The notes beneath the pieces were generated by a model. That model worked only from the letters and a program-made list of their open reading frames with translations, had not been told where the DNA came from and ran no database searches. From a virus: a stretch of DNA of 64,000 nt. The translations under genes were made by a program, and so were the position numbers. Shown piece by piece: positions 37,872 to 48,719 of this stretch; the first letter of the stretch is position 1, and each line of letters starts with the position of its first letter. The DNA lies in IMG/VR virus record IMGVR_UViG_3300014208_000028, positions 29,123-93,122 of that record. One strand, given 5' to 3'.

Positions 37872-39914
37872 TTAAATAGTAGAAGTCTGTGTTATAGATA
37901 AATTCCTAGTTACAAAATGTATACGTTTTTCAGTTTTATAACTATCTTCAAATCTATGAGATTCTATAGTCCTATCTTTCTGTAAAATTATAACTAATAC
38001 CTCTATAGGTAAAGATACTTTAGTAGCTCCATAAGAATATAAAGTATTAATTAAATCTGCTATTTCAAAATCCGCGCCTTGTTCTATAGAATTAATAAAG
38101 TTTCTAACATATACTTCTACATCTTCAGAATTAATCGGACCAGAATAAGATATAGCCATATCTACATAAGCTGGCTGGAAATGTTTTACTAATATATCAG
38201 TAGTTACTACTCTATTCTCATCGTCCTCTACATAATCTTGAATATCTTTTATAGTAGGTGCCCACTCATATATTATTCTAATAGCCTCTCCAGTTACTAC
38301 AATTCCATCATTAAATGTAGTAGAGAAAGTTAAATTAACTGTCTCTCTAGTAGAGAAGGCTAATGAAGTACTTGTCGTACCTAATGTCCACCCTTCTGAA
38401 GTATAGTTTGCCGGGGCCAGATAAGTATTTTGAGCTAATTGAGTATAAGTACTTCCAGAAATATCAGATACTACAGATATATCAAAATAATAATATTTAA
38501 TATTATCAGAATAAACTATATTAGTATCCATCTCAGTACTAGTTATATTCTGCCCAGTGTTTAAACTCATTCCCGAAGCCGGAATCGATTGAGTACTTAT
38601 GGGCCTAAATACTAATCCATCTTCAGTAGTAAAAGTAGTATTAGTAGAATCTACCCCAAAACTAGTAGGCCTATCAAAGAATAGTCGTAACATACCTACA
38701 GATCTATCTACAAAGTTTGGGTCTTTATCTGTATAAAAATCTCGTAAAACTCTAACATCTACAGGATGTGCATATGGAATATATTGTCCAGTCGCGCTCA
38801 TAGAGATGGGGTCTAAACGCTCTACATCTTTAACTCTTATTAAAGGCATATTAATAGAATAAGGAGGAAGACTATTCATATCTATAGATACTGAAGAATC
38901 TAAATAACCTATATCTACATACCCTTCGGCCAAATTAGTTGAGTATACATATACATCTGATTTGCCCCCAGCATGTACCTGTAAAGCTCCTGTAACCACG
39001 CTAGAGCCTACTGGAATTAAAATGCTGCCGCTTAGTATGTTAGTTATAGTAGTGGTCGTAGAATAGCCGGTAGTTATTAAATCCCGCTCCATTTCTATAT
39101 CGCCAAAACCTATAACCTCTATATTTTCTATATTATTAAATTCGCCTAATAGTACGCTTCTTATACTTTTTTTACTGATTAAATTACGTACTGTAATGGA
39201 GTCTTTAGCTCTAGTATATAGATCATCACTTGTTTCTTTAGAAGTACCGCCATTGAAAGCTAATAGATTAGCTACTTTGACATAACTAGCATTTAAATTT
39301 TCGACCGAAACTATAGTTTTGGCGCTAATATTATATTCAGTTCCCGTGCCTTCAGCTATAACAGGAATATCTACATAATATAAGTTTCCTTCCTGATTAA
39401 AAGACATAGCATCTGCTTGGAATACTTGAACTGAAGTAGGTACAAAACCTAATCCATCATTATTTTTAAATTTAACAAATTTAGATACTGAAAATCCTAC
39501 TGGAGAACTGAAATATACTCTTACGCTTCCAGAGGCATAACTTCCAGGATTTCTAGATAAAAAATAATTAGCTACTAAAGAATCAACTTCTTCATCAGGC
39601 ATACTAGTATAATTATCTAAACTCTGATAAGTCTTTAATGCGTTTATTTCCCACTCTAAAGGCTCTAATATAGCTCTTAACGGGCCGACTAAAATATCGT
39701 AGTTAGCACTACCTTTAGCGGTCACTAAACTAGGATTAAATTCCTCCATTCTAGCAGTTAAGAATGCCTCAAAATCTTCAGTACTGTAATCAGCAAATAA
39801 ATTAAGTAAAGGCTTTACTATAATAGCATCTACTCTAGATCCTACCGAAACATCCGCATTAGGCCAGATAGCCTGTATTTTAGTAGTTATAAACTCTCTC
39901 GAAATTGTAGCCAT
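37872..39914 (-). CDS. baseplate wedge J-like protein
   Basis: VANYFLSRNPGSYASGSV, AEGTGTEYNI, NGGTSKETSDDLYTRA. Confidence 0.85.
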   Translation of the reverse strand: MATISREFITTKIQAIWPNADVSVGSRVDAIIVKPLLNLFADYSTEDFEAFLTARMEEFNPSLVTAKGSANYDILVGPLRAILEPLEWEINALKTYQSLDNYTSMPDEEVDSLVANYFLSRNPGSYASGSVRVYFSSPVGFSVSKFVKFKNNDGLGFVPTSVQVFQADAMSFNQEGNLYYVDIPVIAEGTGTEYNISAKTIVSVENLNASYVKVANLLAFNGGTSKETSDDLYTRAKDSITVRNLISKKSIRSVLLGEFNNIENIEVIGFGDIEMERDLITTGYSTTTTITNILSGSILIPVGSSVVTGALQVHAGGKSDVYVYSTNLAEGYVDIGYLDSSVSIDMNSLPPYSINMPLIRVKDVERLDPISMSATGQYIPYAHPVDVRVLRDFYTDKDPNFVDRSVGMLRLFFDRPTSFGVDSTNTTFTTEDGLVFRPISTQSIPASGMSLNTGQNITSTEMDTNIVYSDNIKYYYFDISVVSDISGSTYTQLAQNTYLAPANYTSEGWTLGTTSTSLAFSTRETVNLTFSTTFNDGIVVTGEAIRIIYEWAPTIKDIQDYVEDDENRVVTTDILVKHFQPAYVDMAISYSGPINSEDVEVYVRNFINSIEQGADFEIADLINTLYSYGATKVSLPIEVLVIILQKDRTIESHRFEDSYKTEKRIHFVTRNLSITQTSTI

Positions 39915-39924
39915 AATTATTTCC

Positions 39925-40365
39925 TTAAGTACCAATTTCTATACTAATTGGGTAAGAACTCTGTGGAGTAGAAATTAATATAGTTATATATAATATAAAA
40001 GTTTCTGGATCATAATAAAATCTATATAAAGTCATACCAGTAACTCTTTCTTCTTCTAATATAGAATATTTATTCTGATACTCATCTACTAATGAAAATA
40101 CTTTATCTACCATAGTGGTTGTTTCTGCCATAGAAGATTTTAATATCTGCGAATTTATAGCTTGACCTAATATAGAAAGTAAATCACAGCCCTCATCAGG
40201 ATTAAATATATTGCTCCCGCGAATGGTAAGTAAATTTTTAGATAATAATTGTATAGCATACATAATTTTATTATATTTAGGACTACTTTCTACTATTCCT
40301 AAACTAACAGTATTTATACTAGTAGCCTCGCTTGGAGAAACTTTTATGCTGCCATAATCGTCCAT
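39925..40365 (-). CDS. gp25-like baseplate wedge subunit
   Basis: LLTIRGSNIFNPDEGCDL; upstream of J. Confidence 0.7.
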   Translation of the reverse strand: MDDYGSIKVSPSEATSINTVSLGIVESSPKYNKIMYAIQLLSKNLLTIRGSNIFNPDEGCDLLSILGQAINSQILKSSMAETTTMVDKVFSLVDEYQNKYSILEEERVTGMTLYRFYYDPETFILYITILISTPQSSYPISIEIGT

Positions 40366-40368
40366 TTT

Positions 40369-40842
40369 TTACCTTATATAGTTCATAAGTTTAAAAGAAG
40401 TATTAGAACTAGTGCCTACAGTTTTACGTAAATAGTTGGGATCTAAACCCTCTTCATTTGCTACTTGTTCAGACTCATTTACTAAATCTCCAGCATCAGC
40501 TACTTCAGCATTACTAGAGGTTTTAGCTACTAATGTCTTCACACATTCCTGGCTTTTTAATAAAGATTCTATTTTACTAGTAGGTCTATTACTTTTAGCT
40601 CCAATAGCTCTAAAGGCATCTTGAGTATTATTAACAGGAACTGTAACACCTTTGGCGGTAAACTGTTTTTTTATTTCGCCTATATTTAAAGAGCCGCCAA
40701 ATTCTATATTACCAAAAAGCCCGCCCAAATGATTTTTAATTAGACTTTCAGTACTTCCAGAATAAATTTTAGCTGTAGAGTCGGCCTGTAAATCCTCTTT
40801 AAATTTACTGACACTTCTACGATCTTCTATAGATAAATTCAT
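40369..40842 (-). CDS. hypothetical protein
   Basis: 157-aa ORF. Confidence 0.65.
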   Translation of the reverse strand: MNLSIEDRRSVSKFKEDLQADSTAKIYSGSTESLIKNHLGGLFGNIEFGGSLNIGEIKKQFTAKGVTVPVNNTQDAFRAIGAKSNRPTSKIESLLKSQECVKTLVAKTSSNAEVADAGDLVNESEQVANEEGLDPNYLRKTVGTSSNTSFKLMNYIR

Positions 40843-40916
40843 AGTTATATTATCTCTATTTATAATTTATTATTCAAATAATAAATGACTTATATCTAAA
40901 AAAAGGGATTAAATCC

Positions 40917-41066
40917 CTATTTTTCTTTCTCAGGCCACATAGAGCTATTCACTTTTCGACACATGATTAGGTAATCCCTATCTTTCATGTCTTTTTTAGC
41001 TTTCTTTTTATCTTCTTTTACAATTTTATTCCACTCTTCTGTTAAACTCTTAATATTCAGATACAT
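40917..41066 (-). CDS. 49-aa basic peptide cassette inside structural module
   Basis: MYLNIKSLTEEWNKIVKEDKKKAKKDMKDRDYLIMCRKVNSSMWPEKEK; AAGGAG RBS, TGGTATAA promoter, terminator AGGGATT/AATCCCT-T; not in ORF track. Confidence 0.65.
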   Translation of the reverse strand: MYLNIKSLTEEWNKIVKEDKKKAKKDMKDRDYLIMCRKVNSSMWPEKEK

Positions 41067-41108
41067 ATTAATCTCCTTTTTATCTACACATATTTATACC
41101 AATATATT

Positions 41109-42839
41109 TTAATTTTTAACTAAATCATTTATCTTACTTATAATAGTAAACTTACTGGAGGCGGTATTTAAAGTAGTACTAAAGAATTTTTTAACTTCTC
41201 CATTTAAGAAATTATCTCTCATAGTATCTAAATCATATTCTTGTAATATATCATCTACTAGTTCTATTTCTTGTAGAGAAGGATAGCAATACCCTCCTAA
41301 ACTACTACTTATTTCATCTATAATATTTTTATAGTCAGTAAATTTAGTAACTATAGCTGTTACTTTCTGTTCATGTAAAGTAATATCATAATACTTATTT
41401 CCATATTGAGTTATAAATTCCCATACTGCCTCGCCCAAAATTTTACGAATATCATTAAATTGGGAGGTAGAGTGGTTCTCTCCTAAATCAAAAGAATCTG
41501 GTAAATCTATATTATTTATATATTCACTAACCGCTTTATATTTACAATATCTAGCACTATCTGAAATACAATAATATAAAGTAGTTCCTGTAGTAGGCTT
41601 AAGTACTCTATTATCTAATATAATATTATCCGTAGTAAAACTTAATATAGTAAATTCTGTGGGATAATTATCGGAATCTATAGAAGCAGTATGAAATCCT
41701 ATTTTATCTCCTATAGTAGGAGTACCTATAGTATTAGTTACTATATTACTATAATAACTTCCATCTTGATTAACCCATTCTACCGTTCCTGTAGTAGCTG
41801 CTGTAGTATCTACCGCAGAAGGATCAAATATACCTTCTACAGTTTGTTTAGCCGTACTTAAGAATAGTAATGTATTTCTTAATTCAGTAAATTTAGTTTT
41901 ATCTTCTACTGTATTAAAGTATCTATTCCAATAATTAACCTTATCTTTTATATTATTTAAAATAGCCGTTGAAAATTTATGACCTATTTCTAAATTAATA
42001 AATATATCTACCATAGTCCCAAAATTATCTTTAATATCCATTAAATTAGAATGAATTTTAGATAAATAGTCTGCTCTAACAATTAACTTACGAATAGCGT
42101 TATCGGCCTTATTATATTCAGAGGTAAACTCACTAACATTCTCATCTTGTAAAATAGTATTTATAGAGTTTTTAAAATTATCTACAGACATACTATTACT
42201 ATTACCTTTTTCTGCGGACAATATTAATTTATCTATACTAGTTTCTGCTTCTTTTAAAATATTAGCGTAGTAATTGGGAGGGAAATTCTTTACTTCTTTT
42301 ATATCTACAAATACTTCTCTTCTAGCTAGGCCTTTATTATGTTGATACACTAACGTATTGTGGATTTCATTTATCAAACCAGTTATAGGAATAAGGGGAG
42401 GGGGATTAGCAGAAGTATTACCTATAATAGATTCTATTATCACACTTTCAAATGTAAGTAATACTATTAATTTCTTAGCTACTACTTTAGCCCAATCATA
42501 GATATATTCAGAATTAAGTACGGAACAAGTTCCTATAATTTCTAATATCTTATATACAGCTAATCCTGCCTTTCCTTCCCCCGGATTTGGAGTAGAGTCT
42601 AGCAAAGACTTTAGAATAGTATCTAACATTGTGTAGACTTCTTCATCCTCTACACTAACTCCGTATGAAGCTAACTCACTTTTTATATTACTTTTTAATT
42701 TTTTACTATTAGATTTTTTAAGTTTAGAAGATGTGCTTGTTTTAAGTCGGCCTAAAAAAGAAAATAATCCTACTAGTCTAGTTATCTCTTGCTGTACATA
42801 ACTAGAGTATCCAGTTAATATTTCAGTTTCTAATGACAT
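41109..42839 (-). CDS. hypothetical (probable virion) protein
   Basis: 576-aa ORF in structural operon. Confidence 0.65.
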   Translation of the reverse strand: MSLETEILTGYSSYVQQEITRLVGLFSFLGRLKTSTSSKLKKSNSKKLKSNIKSELASYGVSVEDEEVYTMLDTILKSLLDSTPNPGEGKAGLAVYKILEIIGTCSVLNSEYIYDWAKVVAKKLIVLLTFESVIIESIIGNTSANPPPLIPITGLINEIHNTLVYQHNKGLARREVFVDIKEVKNFPPNYYANILKEAETSIDKLILSAEKGNSNSMSVDNFKNSINTILQDENVSEFTSEYNKADNAIRKLIVRADYLSKIHSNLMDIKDNFGTMVDIFINLEIGHKFSTAILNNIKDKVNYWNRYFNTVEDKTKFTELRNTLLFLSTAKQTVEGIFDPSAVDTTAATTGTVEWVNQDGSYYSNIVTNTIGTPTIGDKIGFHTASIDSDNYPTEFTILSFTTDNIILDNRVLKPTTGTTLYYCISDSARYCKYKAVSEYINNIDLPDSFDLGENHSTSQFNDIRKILGEAVWEFITQYGNKYYDITLHEQKVTAIVTKFTDYKNIIDEISSSLGGYCYPSLQEIELVDDILQEYDLDTMRDNFLNGEVKKFFSTTLNTASSKFTIISKINDLVKN

Positions 42840-45532
42840 TACATTAAAGGTTTTAAATATTCTAAATTAGCGTATTCTAAAATCATCTTTCTTAAAAAAG
42901 TGGGACTTAATTCTAATAAGCTACAAATATGGTCAAATGTAGTTACTTGTATTTTTTTAATATCTTCTTCTTTTAACCAAGAATATGTATTTTCTATATT
43001 ATTTTCTCGTTCTAAAAATAACCATACTAAAGCCGTTCTACCATAATATCTTTGCTCTGGAGTAACGTCCTCTAATTTTAAATACTGTAAATCTTCTATA
43101 GCCTTTTTTATTATATGAAGTAAAAATGTTCTTTCTGCTTCTTCTGAATTACCTATACCTTTATCTTCTATAGGTTTAAATAGAATAATTATATCGTTAG
43201 ATAAAAAATTATTCATAAACAAAGTATTATTAATTTCCATTATACCGGCTCAAGCTCATCTTCAGCCGCATCCAATAAATCAAATATATTTGCTGTCGGC
43301 TCATTAGGTACTTCTATTGTTTTTACTATTCCTAAACTTCCAATTGAAACTCTCACACTTAAACCTCTCAATAATCTAACTTCAAAATATCCTGTAATGT
43401 CTGTAAATATTCTAGATCTTCTAGTTACTGATCCACCTAAATCCGCGAAATTTGTGGGGCTATAAATATTTTCTAATATAACTTCTGTAACCTTATTATA
43501 CGGCTCTCCCTGCATATCTATACAGTTTCCAGAAACTATACAAGTACCTTCTACAGTACTTACACAAGTAAATATTCTATTTGAGAAAAACCAATTATTT
43601 TCTGAACTAGGTATTAGCGTAGATAGGAAAGCTCCAGTAGCATTCAATTCGGTAGGAGTATATCTAATAGAATAGTTTCCATCCCCATCATTAACAAAGT
43701 TATTATAATTTAATACTAAGTCTCCATAATTATCTAAATATCTATTCCAATATTTACATATAATATCATCATGAGTTAAATCTAATACTGGATTATTATC
43801 CGAATCTACTACGCTATGAGTGACCCAACTGGTAGAATTTATAAGTAAAAAAGGATATTCAGGATCTGGAGGAACTATACAAGTATTATCTATTAAAAAA
43901 GCTGCTAATGTAGAGGGTTGAGGAATTATATCTTCCGCATCTATTTTAGCAGTTACCTCTACATAAGCTATTCCAGAAGCATAGTTAGATAATTCTAGAT
44001 CAGTAACATATACATAGCTATTTCCATCAGTATCCGTGCCTTTAACTAACGCAGGAGTAGAAATTGTTGTAGCGGTAAATTGTAAAACATCATCATTATC
44101 ATAAAACTTAACAGATAAAGTAGAGTCCCAATCAGGCCATGATTCTCCCCCATCCAATTCGAAATCGAAATATCCTAAATCATCTATACAGTATGTCGGT
44201 AAGTAGCTCATATTTTATACTCATTAATTAACATAACCCAAGAACTTAAAGTGAAATAATTAGTATCATCGCATCCAGTAGAGACTGCTTTAAATCGTAC
44301 ATAACTTCCAGGAGTAGATATCTCATAACATACTTTTAAAGAAGCGGTTATAGTTAAAAATGCGGCAGCATTATAAGTATACCAATCTACACCTTGATTA
44401 GGGCTATACTCCAAAAATAATGTTATATTAGTAGGGCTATCAGTTTTAATAGCCTCTACCATTAAAGCTACTTTTTTAATATTATATAAATTATAAATAG
44501 GAGAATAAGTTGTAATATTATCTTTAAATTCTACTGGAGTTAATGCGGAGCATTTCTTCTCATCAGCATTATCCCCCGTCCCAAAAACAATTTTTCTTTC
44601 TTTTGTAAAACGTATCATCATATCCTCCAACCTAACATATATTAACCTAAATTCAAATTATTTACCCAATGCGGATCGGGATATTTAGATTCCATAGAAG
44701 CTATTTGATATAATTGGCCAAACTCAAATGGGAAAATTATAAATATATAACTTCTTCCCGGAGTTAAGTCTACTAATTGATGATGCCCTGTCCCCTCTAA
44801 ATACTGTAATGCCACATCATCAATACTTCCGTGACCCGGATCTGTATAGAAAACTAAAAATATTGTGTCTGAACTTAAAGTTGTAGTTATATCAAAATCT
44901 AAAGTAGTGCCATCTTCAGATCTTATTAAATTTGAAGTATCTACTACATCTCCATTAAACATAAATAGTGTAGGTAGGCCGTGGGTACATGTAGCAGTTG
45001 CTCCTACTCCATTTTCTGTAACTGCCCATAAAGTATACGGAACTGCCATAGAATGAGACCACCACACATTACACAATAAACTCATATCTAATGTAACAGT
45101 ACCCGGACCTGTTATTGTCCCAACATGAGCTACAGTAGTAGGATTCGTAGTTAGAATAGCTCCATAAATTTTTACTACCTCAGTAGATCCTATTTCAGAA
45201 ACATCTATAGTTCCAACATTAGCAGAAGTTCTAATATGATTAGTTATAACAGGTACGGAAGGAGGCATATAGATAGTTTCTATATACTCTATTCCCAAAA
45301 CTGGAGATACGTCATATGTCCAATGAGCTTCCCATGTTCCGAAATAATCATCATCATCTATAGTAACGTCTGCATGATATACTCCCAAACTTTCTCTAAC
45401 AGCGGAAGCAGTAAAATAAGTAACCCCGGCATAATCAAAAAACTCAACAGTTGCAGCATTTCCATCCGGATCAAAATTTGTATTAGTTTTCGGATCTAAA
45501 AATGTTTTCGTAACTCTAACTAATTCAGACAT
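42839..45532 (-). CDS. four coupled genes (42839-43240, 43240-44211, 44208-44630, 44642-45532), mostly acidic beta-rich probable virion proteins
   Basis: Overlapping starts/stops; Ig-like/carboxypeptidase-regulatory-like patterns (TDITGYFEVRLLRG). Confidence 0.6.
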
Positions 45533-45644
45533 AAATTATTACCTCAGTATGATAATCTATTTCAATATAACTTATTATATTGTATAATTATAACATTAGA
45601 ACTTATAACTAACAACAATTTATAAGTCTTATTTTGGAGATATA

Positions 45645-46361
45645 ATGCCTGATTTAAATGATAATATTTTAGTAGATAAAGGATTAGAATTGTGGAAGAT
45701 TTGGAAGAAAGCGCCCACAGATATTAATCTTAGAAATCTATTAGAATTCTATAATACTATAATTATGAAACGAGTAAGTATGTTTTCAGGGGCTAATATA
45801 CCTAAACCTACTATGATAATAGCTGCTAAAAAATTAGCTGTAGATGCATTCAATACTTATTCTCCTAATAGAGATACTAATCTTCAAACTCATATTTATA
45901 CTAATTTAAAACGTCTTTCTAGATTTGTCGGAGATCGTCAGAATATGGGTCATTTACCTGAAAATAGAAGATTAAAAATTCAACAATATACTAATATGAA
46001 AAATACTTTAAGTGAAAATTTAGGTAGAGAAGCTAGTAGTTTAGAAACTGCTGAAATGTTAAATTGGCCGGTTAGTGAAATAGAAAGAATGGAAAAAGAA
46101 TTAAGGCCCTCTATTATAGCCTCCACTTTTGAAAGTGATGTAGGAATAGCTACTCCTGGGCATACTAGAGAACATAGAATTATAAGAAATATATATTATG
46201 AGTTAAACCCTCAAGAACAGGTTGTCTATGAATATTTAATGGGAATGAATGGTAAACCTAAATTATCTGAAACTAAAATAGCTGATAAATTAAATACTAG
46301 TGTAACTAAAGTAAGTAGAATTAAAAAAGGTATAGTTAAAAAAATAGAGAAGTGGAAATAG
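45645..46361 (+). CDS. phage-encoded sigma70-family sigma factor
   Basis: Region 2 (AVDAFNTYSPNRDTNLQTHIY), region 3 (LGREASSLETAEML), region 4 HTH (LSETKIADKLNTSVTKVSRIKK). Confidence 0.88.
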   Translation: MPDLNDNILVDKGLELWKIWKKAPTDINLRNLLEFYNTIIMKRVSMFSGANIPKPTMIIAAKKLAVDAFNTYSPNRDTNLQTHIYTNLKRLSRFVGDRQNMGHLPENRRLKIQQYTNMKNTLSENLGREASSLETAEMLNWPVSEIERMEKELRPSIIASTFESDVGIATPGHTREHRIIRNIYYELNPQEQVVYEYLMGMNGKPKLSETKIADKLNTSVTKVSRIKKGIVKKIEKWK

Positions 46362-46364
46362 ATA

Positions 46365-46389
46365 AAAATGGGGAGATTTCTCTCCCCAT
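46365..46389. terminator. terminator hairpin between convergent genes
   Basis: ATGGGGAGA-TT-TCTCTCCCCAT palindrome. Confidence 0.7.
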
Positions 46390-46406
46390 CAGTTATTAGC
46401 AGAAAC

Positions 46407-47141
46407 TTATTTCTTGATGATTGAAACGAGAGAAGAGATGCTCGAAAGAATTCCTTCGAATCGTTTCATTTCTTCCTCCTTGAAACCTTCGATACCACTG
46501 ATGGTAATCACGATGGTCCTACCATCTTTCTCCTCCACAATCGGCGCTACAGGTTCAACAACAGGTTCAGCATACCGCTTTACGATAGCGGCCAAGGCGT
46601 TCCGTAATTTGGTATAGGTGCCTACTTGGAAAGTCTGTCCCTTTTTGACCCGCCCGAAGCAGCCGTAGAGGTAGGTTTCATTTACCTCTGCCTCTCTTGC
46701 CAAGAGAGTCATCAACCCCGCCTCTCCGTCTTTTCTGATTTTGGAATTAAGAGCATTACGAGCCTCTTTAATTTCTTCGACCAATGAAATCGCATTTTCC
46801 TTTTCAACACAATTACAGAAACTTCGATTCATCCTTCTTTTCCTCCATCCTTCTGTTTTCGACGCCAAAATTGCAGCATCGCATCGTCTCATGTTGAACG
46901 GAGCCGAAGAGAGTATTGAGATGATAGTCTCTTTATCTTTACCAGTAACATATTCCACCAGTTCAGAAAACTCCAAAACTTCATCCAATACTCCCTCAGC
47001 ACATTCCGGGCAAATCACCTTCCCGGAAATTTCAAACCACAATTCAGGCTCTAGGGCCTTATGAATTTGTCCGCAGCATCCGCAGTTCCAACTGCCGGTT
47101 ATCAGCCTAACTCTATCGCATCCCTCTAACTTCTTGTGCAT
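46407..47141 (-). CDS. Zn-finger protein, GC-elevated cassette gene
   Basis: CGCCG...CPECA; own promoter at 47169, AAGGAGG RBS. Confidence 0.7.
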   Translation of the reverse strand: MHKKLEGCDRVRLITGSWNCGCCGQIHKALEPELWFEISGKVICPECAEGVLDEVLEFSELVEYVTGKDKETIISILSSAPFNMRRCDAAILASKTEGWRKRRMNRSFCNCVEKENAISLVEEIKEARNALNSKIRKDGEAGLMTLLAREAEVNETYLYGCFGRVKKGQTFQVGTYTKLRNALAAIVKRYAEPVVEPVAPIVEEKDGRTIVITISGIEGFKEEEMKRFEGILSSISSLVSIIKK

Positions 47142-47199
47142 AAGATCCTCCTTATCCTTCTATAAATTTTATAACTAATTTTTAGAAGAATTTTCAGGA

Positions 47200-47670
47200 T
47201 TAACAGAAATATGCATCAACTCCAGCTTCAGCTAACATTTGCATAGAAAGCTCTATATCCTTTTTCCAATCCTCACTCCAAGTTTTTATACGCTCATTGT
47301 GAGTATTAATATTAACTACTACTTTAGTAATTCCAGATTGAATTATTCCTCTAGCACAATCGGTGCAAGGAAATATATTAGTATATAAAGTACAGTTTTT
47401 TATAGATACTCCTATTCTAGCACTATTATAAATAGCATTACGTTCTGCATGTTCATAATATTTATATTTTAATGGCCGCTCATTACGTACCGGAATATCG
47501 TCCTTCATACCTCTAGGTAGTCCATTAAATCCAGTACTTCTTATTTCATTATCTTCGCCAACTATAATAGCCCCTACTTTAGTACTAGGATCTTTACTTT
47601 TAGAAGCTATATAATTTACCATATTTAAGAAGTAATCTTTCCAAGTATTTTTGGGTATATCTATAATCAT
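47200..47670 (-). CDS. dCMP deaminase
   Basis: SKDPSTKVGA, TGFNG, HAERNAI, PCTDCARGIIQSGI. Confidence 0.93.
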   Translation of the reverse strand: MIIDIPKNTWKDYFLNMVNYIASKSKDPSTKVGAIIVGEDNEIRSTGFNGLPRGMKDDIPVRNERPLKYKYYEHAERNAIYNSARIGVSIKNCTLYTNIFPCTDCARGIIQSGITKVVVNINTHNERIKTWSEDWKKDIELSMQMLAEAGVDAYFC

Positions 47671-48251
47671 TTACTTACCATATAATCTATAATTTCTTCT
47701 TTAATAAATTCTATGTCTTTTCTACTAAAGTACTTAACAGGAATATCTGAATAGTGTTCAGGACAATTTTTGGCGGGAGCATAGATTAACTCATTTACAT
47801 ATAATTTCATTCTATTTTCTATATCTTTTATAGAAGAATTTTCATTATTAGGAATAAGTACGTCATGTCCATCACAAGTATAGAAATATATTTTAGTATT
47901 TTTAAACATTTCATTTCTATAATCCATAAATTCGGCCCGCAAAATATTTACCTTATCTAAACTTAAACGAGTAGACATATAAGCAAATACATCCAAAGGA
48001 GAACGATCACTTATAAAACTTCTATTTATCATAAAAGAATATTTAAAGTAATAATATAGCGCATATTCTAGAGCCTCAAAAGTAACTAAATCCATATTTT
48101 GATAATCTAATCCGTACCTAGTTAGAAAATCTCTAGCTTGCTCATCTATCTTTAAAATATCACTATTAACTATTCTTTCATCCTGAAATATCTCATCTAC
48201 TAATGTAGTCTTACCAACTGAATGCGCCCCAATTACTGCTACTCTTTTCAA
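47667..48251 (-). CDS. P-loop nucleotide kinase (AAA_28-like)
   Basis: GAHSVGKTT, ISDRS.LD..AY. Confidence 0.8.
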   Translation of the reverse strand: MKRVAVIGAHSVGKTTLVDEIFQDERIVNSDILKIDEQARDFLTRYGLDYQNMDLVTFEALEYALYYYFKYSFMINRSFISDRSPLDVFAYMSTRLSLDKVNILRAEFMDYRNEMFKNTKIYFYTCDGHDVLIPNNENSSIKDIENRMKLYVNELIYAPAKNCPEHYSDIPVKYFSRKDIEFIKEEIIDYMVSK

Positions 48252-48252
48252 T

Positions 48253-48718
48253 TTACTCTCCTTTATATTTATCTACTAGACTAGATAAATCTATCATACA
48301 TAATTCTTTTAAATGATATAAAAGCGGGCAAGAAATACTTTGCCCCGTAGTTTCTAGTCTATCGCAATTTTCTTTACTATCACACCACTCACATACATAA
48401 TCTACCGCATAATTTAAAATATAATTACCTATGCTATCTCCATCTTCTTCGATTTTAGGAACTACTTCTACTATTTTCATAATTACCTCAACATTCTATT
48501 TTTTCGCGGCCAGACATAAATTCTTTTAAAGTTTTTTCTAAAGTAGTATATAAAGTCTTCTGATTAATATCCCAAGTATTAGGATCATATTTACCTATTA
48601 AATTAAAATCAAATAAATCTACTTCTACTATAGGTACATAATCTTTATCTCTTAAATTCTTATAGAATAAATTACAAAAATCCATAACTTCTTTATTAGA
48701 TGTTTTATTAATCTCCAT
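48253..48718 (-). CDS. two hypothetical proteins (48253-48480, 48488-48718)
   Basis: ORF track. Confidence 0.6.
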
Positions 48719-48719
48719 T

